Source of the DNA: Nitrosopumilus sp.
GTDB lineage: Archaea > Thermoproteota > Nitrososphaeria > Nitrososphaerales > Nitrosopumilaceae
Direction: 5' to 3'
DNA length: 64,000 nt
Assembly (NCBI GenBank): GCA_965205675.1
Contig: OZ242186.1
Location: 1,568,001 to 1,632,000 of the forward strand
Shown here in pieces: positions 10,424 to 20,788 of this stretch. The notes beneath the pieces are model-generated. The model had not been told where the DNA came from and searched no databases. It was given only the letters and a program-made list of their open reading frames with translations. Within the stretch, counting starts at the first letter, position 1; each line of letters starts with the position of its first letter. The position numbers and the translations under genes were made by a program.

Positions 10424-11404
10424 CTACACACTTCGCTTGACTACAAAATCCAATAATGAGATTAGTTCTGTTTTTGCAGATCCTGAATACTTTTCTAGTG
10501 ATTTTTCTGCTTTTTCTGCATATTTTAGAGCCTGTCTTCTTACATTTTCTTCAATTCCCAGAGAACGAATAATATTTACAGCTTTGTCTAGCTCTTTTTT
10601 TGTTATCTTTGGATTTTTAAATGCTTTTAGAATTATTTTTTTGTCATTACCTTTTGCGGATTTTATTGCCATTAGAATTGGTAGTGATTTTTTACCTTCT
10701 CTTAGATCATTTCCTACGGGTTTTTTTGTAATTTTAGGATCTCCCATTACTCCAATAAGATCATCTGTAATTTGAAATGCAATCCCCAAATTCCTACCAA
10801 ATGATGAAAGATTTGAAATATCTTTTACTTTGTTTGTTGCACAAATTGCCCCCATTGCACATGACACATCAAATAGTGCGGCTGTTTTTTTGCCAATCAT
10901 TGTGATGTATTCTGCCTGTGATGGAATCTTTGTGTCTTCAGCCATTTTTACATCCAGCAATTGGCCTTCACATACATCTACACAGGCCTTTGCAAGTCTA
11001 GAAACTAGTTGCATAGTGGCATTTGCTGATAATTTTGAATCTGTAATAATTTGAAATGCTTTTGAAAACAAAACATCTCCTGCAAGAATTGCAATTGGCA
11101 TACCAAATTTTTTATGAACTGTAGGAACTCCGTGACGTATTTCATCATTATCCATAATATCATCATGAACTAGTGTAAAGTTATGTATCATTTCTACTGC
11201 ACTTGCAGCAGGCATTGTATTGTATACTCTACCCTTTAAAATTTGACAACTTCTAATCACCATGTATGGTCTGAGTCTCTTTCCACCATTTACAATTAGA
11301 TGTCCTGCAGCATCATAGAGTTTTTTTGGATTGCCTTTTAGCTTGGAATTTAGATACTTGTTTACCGTTTTTGCATTTTGTTCCATCTGTTTAGTTTTTT
11401 TCAT
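10424..11404 (-). CDS. Geranylgeranyl diphosphate synthase (polyprenyl synthetase)
   Basis: GGKRLRP, FTLVHDDIMD (FARM), FQITDDLIG (SARM). Confidence 0.93.
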   Translation of the reverse strand: MKKTKQMEQNAKTVNKYLNSKLKGNPKKLYDAAGHLIVNGGKRLRPYMVIRSCQILKGRVYNTMPAASAVEMIHNFTLVHDDIMDNDEIRHGVPTVHKKFGMPIAILAGDVLFSKAFQIITDSKLSANATMQLVSRLAKACVDVCEGQLLDVKMAEDTKIPSQAEYITMIGKKTAALFDVSCAMGAICATNKVKDISNLSSFGRNLGIAFQITDDLIGVMGDPKITKKPVGNDLREGKKSLPILMAIKSAKGNDKKIILKAFKNPKITKKELDKAVNIIRSLGIEENVRRQALKYAEKAEKSLEKYSGSAKTELISLLDFVVKRSV

Positions 11405-12041
11405 CTACTAATCCCCATTTATCATCTGAGAGATGAATTTTAATTGCTTTTTGTAGTTCATCCTTAACTTCAATATCCATCCATGTAGATAAGACATTTG
11501 TGTACTTTTCAAGCATAGATTTATCTGATTTTTCTAATAATTTTAGTGCAATAAGCATCCACGGACAGTAAATTTTTGGATTTTCTTTTAATTTTGCAAC
11601 TAATTCTTTAGAGGAAATCCATTTTATCTCGTCAATTTCCCCTGCAATTTCTTTTAGTTCTGTAGATTTATCAATTACCCCGATTAATGTTCCACATATC
11701 TCATTTTCAGATCCTATATCTTTGTATGGAGCATGGTATTCGAATTTATGCAAATAATCTAAATTATCACAAATACCCAATTCTTCAGGCATTCTTCTTT
11801 CTCCTGATGACACATACGTTTCGGATTTTCTTGGATGGCTAGCAAATGTTCCGTCCCAATCATTTGGCCATAGCATTTTTTCTTTTGCTCGTCTTGTTAG
11901 AACTAATCTTCCTTCATTATCAAATAATAATGCAGTAAATGCCCTGTGTAATTTTCCATTTGGTAAATGACACTTTACTTTTTCTTCATTGCCAATCGGA
12001 TTATCATTTTTATCAACTAAAATTACAAATTCTTCAGACAT
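11391..12041 (-). CDS. idi: Isopentenyl-diphosphate delta-isomerase, type 1 (Nudix fold)
   Basis: LHRAFT, ASHP, RRMPEELG, ENEIC, CPW; likely start MSEEF at 12041. Confidence 0.88.
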   Translation of the reverse strand: MSEEFVILVDKNDNPIGNEEKVKCHLPNGKLHRAFTALLFDNEGRLVLTRRAKEKMLWPNDWDGTFASHPRKSETYVSSGERRMPEELGICDNLDYLHKFEYHAPYKDIGSENEICGTLIGVIDKSTELKEIAGEIDEIKWISSKELVAKLKENPKIYCPWMLIALKLLEKSDKSMLEKYTNVLSTWMDIEVKDELQKAIKIHLSDDKWGLVDEKN

Positions 12042-12786
12042 TTTTTTTACCTCTAAACATTGTTCCTTCAAATGTCTTATTTTTAATCGCTTTTACAATT
12101 CTTTCGGGTTTGTTACCATTTACAAAAAACACGTTCATTCCCATTTTTGCAATTTTAAATGCTTCTCCAACTTTTCTAGTCATTCCTCCAGTTACATCCA
12201 TTTTATTTTTAGAGATTAATGGGCGCTCTCCTCTTAGTTCGTAAATTAATTTTTTTGATTTCAAGTCTGAATATAGTCCATCTTCATTTAATACAAAAAT
12301 ACAGAGTTTGGGTTTTAGAATTTTTGCAAGATGAGTCATAATTTTATCTCCTGATAAAATGTATGTTTTTTTTTGACCATACCATAATGCATCGCCATAT
12401 GTGACTGGAATCAAGCCTGATTTTGCAATTTTTTCCATCTCCTTAATTTTTTTAGTTATGGGTTTATTTCCAGACATGAAATCAGTTGGAGGAAGAGAAT
12501 ATGGATTTATTTTATTTTTTAGTAATGAATCTAAAATAATTTTATCTAATTCAATCATTGAATTTTTAACAATTGCAACTCCTCTTGGTTCATATTTCTT
12601 TTCTTTTGTATGCATATCATATTTTACAGACCAATAATGTCCATAGGATCCTCCTCCATGAATAACGATTATTGGTTCATTAATTTTTTTCAAGCTTTGA
12701 GAAAGATTGTCAATTATTTTTTTCCTTGCAGATAATGGTTTTTCTTTATTTGTAATGATAGAACCTCCCAGTTTTATCAGAATCAT
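12034..12786 (-). CDS. ipk: Isopentenyl phosphate kinase
   Basis: KLGGSIITNK, HGGGSYGH, SGD, DVTGGM; located in the mevalonate cluster. Confidence 0.9.
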   Translation of the reverse strand: MILIKLGGSIITNKEKPLSARKKIIDNLSQSLKKINEPIIVIHGGGSYGHYWSVKYDMHTKEKKYEPRGVAIVKNSMIELDKIILDSLLKNKINPYSLPPTDFMSGNKPITKKIKEMEKIAKSGLIPVTYGDALWYGQKKTYILSGDKIMTHLAKILKPKLCIFVLNEDGLYSDLKSKKLIYELRGERPLISKNKMDVTGGMTRKVGEAFKIAKMGMNVFFVNGNKPERIVKAIKNKTFEGTMFRGKKNV

Positions 12787-12809
12787 ACATTTTAAAATTA
12801 TCTGATCAA

Positions 12810-13751
12810 TTAAAAAGTATTCAGACCTTTAAAATCAATCTTAACTGAAAAACAATTATAATTATTGTCTTTGAATTGTTTTATAGTTTGTTCTAAATTC
12901 GATTCGTCTGTAAGTGCATAAATACATCCTCCTCCACCTGCACCTGTAATTTTTGCCCCAAATGATTCTCGTCGGCCTATTTGAATCATTTCTCTTAGTG
13001 TATTATTTGAAATCCCTATCGTTTCAAGATATTCTTGATTTTCTTGAACTTTGTCACCTAATCCTTTAATGTTGTTTTCCTTCAGTAATTCTAAAACTTT
13101 TTCCACTAATTTTGATTCTTTATCACACAATGAAGAAAATCCTGCTTCATCTTTTTCTTTAAATCGTTTCACTTCATTTACTACTAATTCTGTCGAATGT
13201 TCTATGTCTGAATTGGCAATTACTAGATGAAAATTAGGCTCAAATTCTATTTTGTGAAACCCTTTTTTCTTGTTGTATTCCATTATTCCTCCGTATGTAC
13301 ATACAGTGCAATCTGCTCCAGATGTATTTTTAAAAATTGTTTTTTCAGCTTCTATTGCTAATTCTAGAATTTCTTCTTTAGATGGTTTTTTGAACAGTCC
13401 TGCAATTGCTGCTGCACCTGCAACACAACATGCAGATGATGATCCTAAACCCATTCCTAATGGAATGTCTGATTCAACAACAATTCTAATTCCGGTATTT
13501 TGATTTTTTATCATCTTATTTCCTAAATAATAAAATGGTTTTAATGGTGAATTAATTTCTGAAATTGTTTTTTCAGATCCTAATTCCAAATTCCCAATAC
13601 TTGATTTAATGGAAATTTTTCCGTCTTCTGTTTTCTCTGCTGTAACTGTAATTCTCTTATCAATTGCACATAAAATTGCTTTTACTCCATACACAACAAA
13701 ATGTTCTCCAAAAAGAATTACCTTTCCAGGGGCAGAAGCTTTGGATTTCAA
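12810..13751 (-). CDS. mvk: Mevalonate kinase
   Basis: APGKVILFGEHFVVYG, PLGMGLGSSSA, KITGAGGGG. Confidence 0.93.
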   Translation of the reverse strand: MKSKASAPGKVILFGEHFVVYGVKAILCAIDKRITVTAEKTEDGKISIKSSIGNLELGSEKTISEINSPLKPFYYLGNKMIKNQNTGIRIVVESDIPLGMGLGSSSACCVAGAAAIAGLFKKPSKEEILELAIEAEKTIFKNTSGADCTVCTYGGIMEYNKKKGFHKIEFEPNFHLVIANSDIEHSTELVVNEVKRFKEKDEAGFSSLCDKESKLVEKVLELLKENNIKGLGDKVQENQEYLETIGISNNTLREMIQIGRRESFGAKITGAGGGGCIYALTDESNLEQTIKQFKDNNYNCFSVKIDFKGLNTF

Positions 13752-13777
13752 TTAAACCCTTGAAAAATCTAAAAAAG

Positions 13778-14401
13778 TTATTCGATTTCCTCTTCGATAA
13801 TCTTTGTTTCAAAATCATCGATTTCCTCTTTCATTGGTTCATCTTCTTTCAGTTCACCTCTTTCAATTAAGACTTGACGTACCAATAACCAGTAAACTGT
13901 AGCTAGAGCTTTTCTTCCTCTATTGTTTGCTGGAATAATTACATCCAGATTAGATGTGATGTTGTCTGTATTTGCAATTCCTATAATTGGAATACCTGCA
14001 TTTGTTGCTTCGATAATTGCTTGTTCATCTACTTGTGGATCTGAAATTAAAATTAATTTTGGTTCAATATAGTATGGCAATGAAGGATTTGTCAGAGTTC
14101 CGGGCATGAATCTGTTTAGTAACTTTTTAGCGCCTAAACTCTCACAGAATTTTTCAATTGGAGTTTCGGCATATTGTCTACCTGAACATACGATAAGATT
14201 TTCGGCGCCTAATCTATTGATGAATTTGGCTGCGATTTGAATTTTTTCTAAGGTGATATCCAAATCGAGCATGTATAGTCCTTCAGGACTTGCTTTGGTG
14301 ATGAATGGTTTCATGAATTTGGTCTTAACCTGGGTTCCTACCCTGATTCCGGTAGCTAAAACCTTTTTTTTAATGTCAGTTGCTTCAGTTTGTTGACTCA
14401 T
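13778..14401 (-). CDS. rps2: 30S ribosomal protein uS2
   Basis: RFMPGTLTNP, IPANNRGRKALA; likely start MSQQ at 14401. Confidence 0.95.
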   Translation of the reverse strand: MSQQTEATDIKKKVLATGIRVGTQVKTKFMKPFITKASPEGLYMLDLDITLEKIQIAAKFINRLGAENLIVCSGRQYAETPIEKFCESLGAKKLLNRFMPGTLTNPSLPYYIEPKLILISDPQVDEQAIIEATNAGIPIIGIANTDNITSNLDVIIPANNRGRKALATVYWLLVRQVLIERGELKEDEPMKEEIDDFETKIIEEEIE

Positions 14402-14408
14402 GACGATT

Positions 14409-15647
14409 TTAAATCTCTGCCATACCACATATTAAATCATGCTCTGATAATCGTAATAATTCGTTGAGTTTTGCCACCCTTTCTCCTCCCACAATGCCCA
14501 CTTTGAGCATTTTTGACTTTGTGGCAAGACCAATATGCGATATTTGTGAATCTGTAGATTCTCCTGATCTATGGGATGTGATTAGTTTGATATTGTTTTG
14601 AGTTGCTTCATCAGCAAATTCTAAAGCATCAAAAAGACTACCTGCTTGATTTACTTTTAAAATAGCGGCATTACATGATTTACCTTCAATTGCTTTTTTC
14701 AAGATATTCTTGTTTGTGACAGTGAGATCATCCCCTGTAACCAATGTGTTTGGGAATTTTTTTGTCAATTCTGACATGTCTTCAAATGCTTCTTCATGAA
14801 CTGCATCTTCAGCATAAATTAATTTGAATTTTTCAATAATATTTGCAGCAAAATCAATTTGCTCGCCAGTAGAATTTTCAAATCCTGCCCTGTCATAGAC
14901 ATACTTTGCTTTATCTTTATTCCACTGTGTTGATGATGCAAAGTCAACTCCTAATGATACTTCTTTTCCTAAAGTAAATCCTAAATTTTCACAGGCTTTT
15001 GCAGATATTTCTAATGCTTTTTGATTTTCTAATTTTGGTGCCCAACCTCCTTCATCTCCCCGACCATTTGTAAAATTGGGATCTTCTTTTTCTAAAACAC
15101 AACGTACTTCCTTATGTACTGACAAGTTAGTTTCAATTGCATCTTTGATAGATTTTGAGCCTATAGCACAAATTAGTATCTCCTGAATGTCGGGCGTTCC
15201 AGGACCTGCATGTGCTCCCCCTCCCAAAATATTTCCTAAAGGATACGGGAATTTGAATGAAGATTCTGATGAGAGTGTTTTAAACAATGGTTCGCCGGAT
15301 GCTTTTGATGCTGATTCCATGGCTGCAATGGTAACTGCAAAAGCTAGTGCCCCTCCAACAATTGAATAATTTGTTGAGCCATCTATATTTTTTAAAACAT
15401 TATGAATTCCTTGTAAATCTGATGATTCTAGACCAACAAATTTTTGAGAATTTTCTTTTAAAATTTTGAGACTTTCTTCAGGATTTTTGTTTGGAAAACT
15501 AACTGCTTCGTATTTTCCCACACTTGCACCTGATGGTGCACAGACTCTTCCTAAAAATTCATTATCTGATTGAACATCAACTTCAACTGTTTTACTACCT
15601 CGACTGTTGTATAAAATACGTCCTTCAATCGAGGATATTTTTGCCAA
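14409..15647 (-). CDS. eno: Enolase
   Basis: NSRGSKTVEV, APSGASVG, GDEGG, TGDDL, ILKVNQAG, SHRSGES, GERVAKLNEL. Confidence 0.95.
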   Translation of the reverse strand: MAKISSIEGRILYNSRGSKTVEVDVQSDNEFLGRVCAPSGASVGKYEAVSFPNKNPEESLKILKENSQKFVGLESSDLQGIHNVLKNIDGSTNYSIVGGALAFAVTIAAMESASKASGEPLFKTLSSESSFKFPYPLGNILGGGAHAGPGTPDIQEILICAIGSKSIKDAIETNLSVHKEVRCVLEKEDPNFTNGRGDEGGWAPKLENQKALEISAKACENLGFTLGKEVSLGVDFASSTQWNKDKAKYVYDRAGFENSTGEQIDFAANIIEKFKLIYAEDAVHEEAFEDMSELTKKFPNTLVTGDDLTVTNKNILKKAIEGKSCNAAILKVNQAGSLFDALEFADEATQNNIKLITSHRSGESTDSQISHIGLATKSKMLKVGIVGGERVAKLNELLRLSEHDLICGMAEI

Positions 15648-15648
15648 G

Positions 15649-15885
15649 TTATTCTAACTCAGATTGAACTTCTTGTTTTCTTCTCTGAATTGCTTCGTAG
15701 AATGGAATTACTTGTTGTATTGTTTCTACAGTAGTCAAAAGCATTCTTCTGCAACAATATCTTTCAAGACCTAAAGAATCGAGAGTTTTTGTAGAATTTT
15801 CACCTGCTTTAAGTTTATTTTGATAATCTTCAAATTTATCAGCAATTAATTTTCCACAAGTTAAACATCTAACAGGAATTAACAC
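15649..15885 (-). CDS. rpoN: RNA polymerase subunit Rpo10 (N)
   Basis: IPVRCLTCGK...RYCCRRMLL; probable GTG start at 15885. Confidence 0.95.
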   Translation of the reverse strand: MLIPVRCLTCGKLIADKFEDYQNKLKAGENSTKTLDSLGLERYCCRRMLLTTVETIQQVIPFYEAIQRRKQEVQSELE

Positions 15886-16131
15886 GAACAAAAAAGTAAC
15901 CAAGGATTATAAAAACTATTGAAAAACGTGGATTAATCTCATAGTTTCGCTTTTTTTATTTCATAGAGTTATGACTTTTACGCCTAATCTCCTACCTTCT
16001 CTTCAAATAATCTCTGACATTATGACATCTGCCATTTCATGATTTGTTACACAGATCACTAGAATTTACCACATCCTTCATGTATTTTGTTGGGTTAACT
16101 GATCAAAAAGTTTTTTGTTTTGGAATTATTT

Positions 16132-16158
16132 AGTTCACGAACTTTGTCTTTTCGCTAT
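16132..16158. mobile_element. Orphan terminal repeat of the TATAGCGA-type (IS630-like) MITE family
   Basis: GTTCACGAACTTTGTCTTTTCGCTATA resembles the ends at 32328-32463 and 51912-51939. Confidence 0.5.
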
Positions 16159-16417
16159 ACTCTATCAGATTTGGAAACTGTGTCTACATCTCTTGAACTG
16201 CTGATATATTGAACATCATCGTCAGTAACTAAGAAATTATAGGATTTCGTTTCCAATCAGTTGTTTAAATCAGTGTTTTTTTATTAGTTGATAGTTATTC
16301 TTATTTTATGAAATAAAATTATAAAATTAGAATAAATATTATAAAGGCGTTATGAATTACAATTTGTAATAACATGTATAACAAAATAAAAAAATACAGA
16401 TCATTTTATTTGCTTCT

Positions 16418-17554
16418 TTGATTGTTGCAATGATATTACCATTTAGTATAATTGACATTGCAGAAGCAGAGGTCAACAATAAAAACCCTAAAGATAAAAC
16501 TTTGGAAAGAATCCAAGAAAAAGTAGAACGTGAATTAGTCTTAAAAGAACAAAAATCACTTGACATTGAGGAAAAAGATTTAAAGAAAAGAATCAAATCT
16601 GAAAAAAATATAAGTGAAAAAATAAAGATCAATAAACGAATTGCTGAAATAAAATCTCAAAAGGATGAAATTGAAAGAATCAATCACATGAAAGATATTC
16701 CAAAAACACAAGTGGAAAGACTAATCCATCAACAAGATACTTTTGAAAGAAAGTTATTGAATTCTGATGCAGTAAAATTTGTTACTAGTATAGGTATAGA
16801 CATCACTAGTAAAGAAATTCAAATTGGATTGAATAAAAATATTGTAAATTCTGATAATATCGATTTAATTGTTTCAGAACTTGAACAAATGATGCCTCAA
16901 AATATAAAATGGCATGTTGTTTATTCTACTCCTGCAGAAGCATTATCTTGTAATCAAAATGAATGTACTCCGATAATTGGAGGAAATTACATCAAAGTAT
17001 CTGGAATGGAGGCTGCTTGTAGTTTCGGTTTTCAAGCCAAGAAGGGTTTAACACGGGGTTGGATAACTGCAGGACATTGTGCAGATGGTAGAGTTGGAAG
17101 CAGTGTAAAAGACTATTCAAATGATAATATTGGAACTGTAAGTTCTGAGAAATCCTATTGGGGTAATTGTGACTGTGCATGGATTACAAGTGGTTCGAGT
17201 ATAGCCGACAACAAAGTATATGGTGGTGGGACTCACATAATAACCAAAACTACTTCGGCTTCTGGACAACAAAACGACACTATTATGAAATCAGGTCAAG
17301 GAGGGGGTGTAGACTTTGGAACAGTTTCAGCAATTCATGTAACTGTTTTGAATGTGGCTCAAGGTGAGTACGTCAGAGATCTTGTAAGATCTAACACTGT
17401 AATGGCACATGGTGATAGTGGCGGTACTGTTGTTGAGAGTGGTGATAAAGGTGATTTGTATGGAATTGTTGCCACACATGATTGGTGGGGATATTATCAC
17501 ACACCAATTGATCAAATCACATCTCAAATGGGCATAACTGCTGTCTTAAATTGA
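16418..17554 (+). CDS. Secreted S1 (chymotrypsin / alpha-lytic-like) serine protease with pro-region
   Basis: CSFGF, ITAGHC, DCAWI and GDSGG catalytic motifs; hydrophobic N-terminus; probable true start at 16374 is out of frame (see findings). Confidence 0.85.
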   Translation: MIVAMILPFSIIDIAEAEVNNKNPKDKTLERIQEKVERELVLKEQKSLDIEEKDLKKRIKSEKNISEKIKINKRIAEIKSQKDEIERINHMKDIPKTQVERLIHQQDTFERKLLNSDAVKFVTSIGIDITSKEIQIGLNKNIVNSDNIDLIVSELEQMMPQNIKWHVVYSTPAEALSCNQNECTPIIGGNYIKVSGMEAACSFGFQAKKGLTRGWITAGHCADGRVGSSVKDYSNDNIGTVSSEKSYWGNCDCAWITSGSSIADNKVYGGGTHIITKTTSASGQQNDTIMKSGQGGGVDFGTVSAIHVTVLNVAQGEYVRDLVRSNTVMAHGDSGGTVVESGDKGDLYGIVATHDWWGYYHTPIDQITSQMGITAVLN

Positions 17555-17602
17555 GGAATTTTCTTCTTCTATATATTTTAATAAATTAAAAATCAATAAA
17601 AT

Positions 17603-17860
17603 ATGACAAATAAAAAAATTATACTTTTTGTGTCAATAGTTGTTTTAATTTTATTAATTGTAATGACTATGGTTATTCCAGCATATTTGTATCGTCAATC
17701 AGATGATCTTCTCACAATTAACTATGTTTGTACAACAGGACTAAAACCAGATGCTTTTTCAGCTTGGAAAGCATATAACAATGGAACCCATACTATTGAT
17801 ATGGATTCGTGTGTCTGGATAAAAAATGTCCATGTTACATCTGCTTATAATGGAACATAG
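17603..17860 (+). CDS. Small membrane-anchored/secreted protein with two Cys
   Basis: MTNKK followed by a hydrophobic helix; directly follows the S1 protease. Confidence 0.65.
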   Translation: MTNKKIILFVSIVVLILLIVMTMVIPAYLYRQSDDLLTINYVCTTGLKPDAFSAWKAYNNGTHTIDMDSCVWIKNVHVTSAYNGT

Positions 17861-17862
17861 AT

Positions 17863-18193
17863 GTATGTATCAAGCTTCACACATAAATCAATACCATTAC
17901 ACAAAAAATCAAAGATCAACTAAATCATTCTACAATACATGTCAGAGCGTGGTCATGAGAGAATCATCTTACAATTACAAGAAAAAGTAAAACAACTCAC
18001 GCAAAAATTATCATACTATGAAAATCCACACTCACCACCATCAAAAAATTCACTTGAATGGAGAAAACAGAAACAAGATGCAAAGAAAAACAGAGATTCT
18101 GATTCTGGCAAATCAAAACGTGGTGGTATACCCGGTCACAAAGGTGCAACACAGAAATTCACCCCAACTATACTGTCTAACAAATATTCATGA
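17863..18193 (+). mobile_element. IS66-family left-end fragment (truncated transposase)
   Basis: TIR GTATGTATCAAGC at 17863; near-identical to the reverse complement of ~50230-50540; YYENPHSPPSK motif. Confidence 0.8.
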
Positions 18194-18325
18194 CCCAAAA
18201 TCTTCCAAATTATGCTAATTCCTGAAATTTAAACTTGAATCTACAATGTACGTAAACCGAGTTCAGAATAGGATAACGAATTTTTGTTATTGAGTATGGT
18301 TTCCAAAAGGCTCACCACAGTTCAA

Positions 18326-18574
18326 TAGACCTCTTGCGTAATTACAAACAAAATCTTATCTTTCATTGAATTTAATTTCAAATAATTTCTGAGATTATGG
18401 AATCACATCAAAGTGCTGCTGAGTCACTCCAGTAAAAGAGAGAGATGATCTTGGCTTTTTTGAGAATTGCTTGTATGTTAACATGAAATGTGTTAGGTTG
18501 TTCTTAGCTTTGGATCTTGTTGTGAATGAATTTGTGTAATATGGTAAAATATGTCTAATTGCGCAAGAGGTCTA
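18326..18574 (-). mobile_element. Internally deleted IS5-family (ISL2-like) element
   Basis: Both TIRs present (TAGACCTCTTGCG); interior matches the ends of the 20789-21865 copy. Confidence 0.85.
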
Positions 18575-18663
18575 GTTAATGAGTGAATGGATGTTTTTGA
18601 TTTGTAGTCTTTGGATTTAATCTTGTTTTGTTCTTTGAGTGTACAGTTAGTGTACAGTTCTCT

Positions 18664-18715
18664 GTTGTACTCTCTGGTACAGTTGTACTCTCTGGTACAG
18701 TTGTACTCTCTGGTA
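18664..18715. repeat. 18-bp tandem repeat (GTTGTACTCTCTGGTACA x ~2.9), encodes PESTTV on the minus strand
   Basis: Directly visible. Confidence 0.9.
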
Positions 18716-19032
18716 TCTTTGATTTGATGATTACCGTATTTGTATTGGCATATACCTCCAACTCATCATTCTTTTTCAAATTAAGCAGCCTTGCAAACTC
18801 TATTGGAATGGTAACCTTTGTGGAATAGTATCTCTGATTCTGATATGTCTTTGAGTTTTTGCCTTACTTTAACAGGTGTCGAGTCTTTTAGCTCCTTTTT
18901 GTGCAGTCGTATGGTCCTAGTCTTTTCAGATGATGTAGCATGCAGTATTATTCCGTCTTGCAGTTGCATACCCTCTGCTGTTTTGTAGGGGATTATGACA
19001 TTGTATGAATCATGTCGCTGTATTCCATAGTT

Positions 19033-20274
19033 TGGTCTGGTCCCCTCTAGAGTAGGACCAGTAGCATACATACACTTTTCAGATAACTTGGGAGGCTTAC
19101 CCTCATGGTAAAGAGCAAATTCACATCAGCAGAAAAGTCAAGAGTGGTTTTAGAGTCACTAAACACAAACATTGCAACTGCAGAGTTGTGCAGAAAGTAC
19201 AATATTCATCCACAGACATTCTACCAATGGAGGGAACGATTTGTAGAAGGTGGCAAGGCATCATTAAATGGCACACCAAACGGAGATGTCTGCAAGAATC
19301 TGCAAAAGGAAAATGATTCCCTCAAAAAACTAATCGGCGAGATCACAATTGCCAATGACATTTTAAAAAAAACGTTGGAGAACCAGAAAAGATGACTGCA
19401 GTGAATCAACTGAACAAACACATCAGTTTGAACAAGTCATTGTTATTAATTGGAGTCTCAAAATCCAAATGGTATTACTCAAAGTCACCAAGAAGGATTC
19501 AGACAGATCCTGCAGTAACTGATGTAGTTCAAAAGATTGGAAAACAAAGGCCAACTTATGGAACCAGACGCATGGCATCCCAAGTCTCAAGGGAACTGAA
19601 CAAGCCTGTAAACAGAAAACAAATCAGAAGAATATTTCACAAATTGGGCTGGATTGAGCCTAAAAAGACCAAAAATGACATCATCAAATCTGCCAGAACA
19701 TTATTCAAGCCTGATGCACCAAACCAGTTGTGGCAGACAGACATCACATATGTCTGGTGTGGGGTTGACAGATGGTGCTACTGCTTTAACGTGATTGATG
19801 CATTTAGCAGGAAATGGATTTGGCATTCATTTGATGTGGCAGCTCCAAAGAGCACTGCAATTGACAGCATCATTAATGCAGTAGCTACTGCAAAGCCTGA
19901 TTGCACAAAACTGATTCTCAGAACTGACAACGGTTCGCAATACAACAGCCGAGATTTCAGAAAAGCAGTTGTTCTACTTGGAATAAGACACGAATTCATC
20001 TGGCACCACACGCCAGAACAAAACGGACATGTCGAATCATTCCACAAAACACTCAAGAAGGAATACTTGTGGAGGTACGAGTTTGCAAACTATCAGGAAG
20101 CCGAAGTTGCTCTAGAGAAAGCACGAATCGATTACAATGGTTCCAGGATTCATTCAGCGTTAGGATACCTTACTCCTGATGAATTCATGGAGTTATGGGA
20201 GATGAAAACATAAATGAATCAGACTGTATGTAAGATTATGCAAAAAGTGGTACTAAAAACAGGGGTCCACTCCA
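19033..20274 (+). mobile_element. IS3-family element, apparently intact (orfA 19105-19395, orfB 19392-20213)
   Basis: TG...CA ends with imperfect TIRs (TGGTCTGGTCCCCT / TGGAGTGGACCCCT), 4-bp TSD AGTT, HTH OrfA, rve DDE OrfB (WQTDITY, RTDNGSQY, VESFH), A8 slippery site at 19365-19372. Confidence 0.93.
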
Positions 20275-20457
20275 AGTTTTCCTTTTTTATCTTTGAGAAT
20301 ACCTGAAGTTTTGGCATTATCGTATCATGAGAAAAATTGAATTTAAAGGAGGAAAAAAGTGTTCTGTTGCATGCTGTAATTTTTCACTCTTGATTAAAAT
20401 CCCCTGACAAAAACCTCGCTAATGCCAATACAAGTTAATTCAAGCAATAAATAATCA

Positions 20458-20694
20458 TTGGGACTTGCCTTCGTTATGGAAAAACGCAAACTCTTAGGAG
20501 TTGTGATATTTGTTCTATGTATCTTGGCTTTCTTTCTGTATGCCTACCTGCTAATGCTCTCTGAATGGAGTCCCATTGTTTTACAGCTATCCATTTTGAT
20601 GATTGCAGGAGGAATATTGGGAGTCATTGCATGGATTGGCTACGTCATGGCTACAACAAAACAGACCCTATCCACAATAGATGATAAAAATTAG
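20458..20694 (+). CDS. Small two-TM membrane protein
   Basis: Two hydrophobic helices, C-terminal WIGYVMATT. Confidence 0.65.
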   Translation: MGLAFVMEKRKLLGVVIFVLCILAFFLYAYLLMLSEWSPIVLQLSILMIAGGILGVIAWIGYVMATTKQTLSTIDDKN

Positions 20695-20788
20695 TTCAGA
20701 GAAGAGTTGTATTTTACCAATGCTTGCAGGTCTTGCATTTTGGGTCTTGGAGATTATACAGAAACCTGCAATCATTAGAAATAAATAC

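Larger units (their letters stand above)
18576..20317 (-). pseudogene. Tandem AbrB/SpoVT-like DNA-binding protein gene split by IS3 and frameshifted
   Basis: Removing IS3 and one AGTT joins MPKLQVFSKIKKEN (ATG 20317) to YGIQRHDSYNVIIPYKTAEGMQL; a second module KVTIPIEFARLLNLKKNDELEV follows after a frameshift. Confidence 0.6.

Noticed and set aside
11391-12041. Type 1 IDI as a novel archaeal feature
   Set aside because: It sits in the conserved mevalonate cluster and is a known trait of this lineage.
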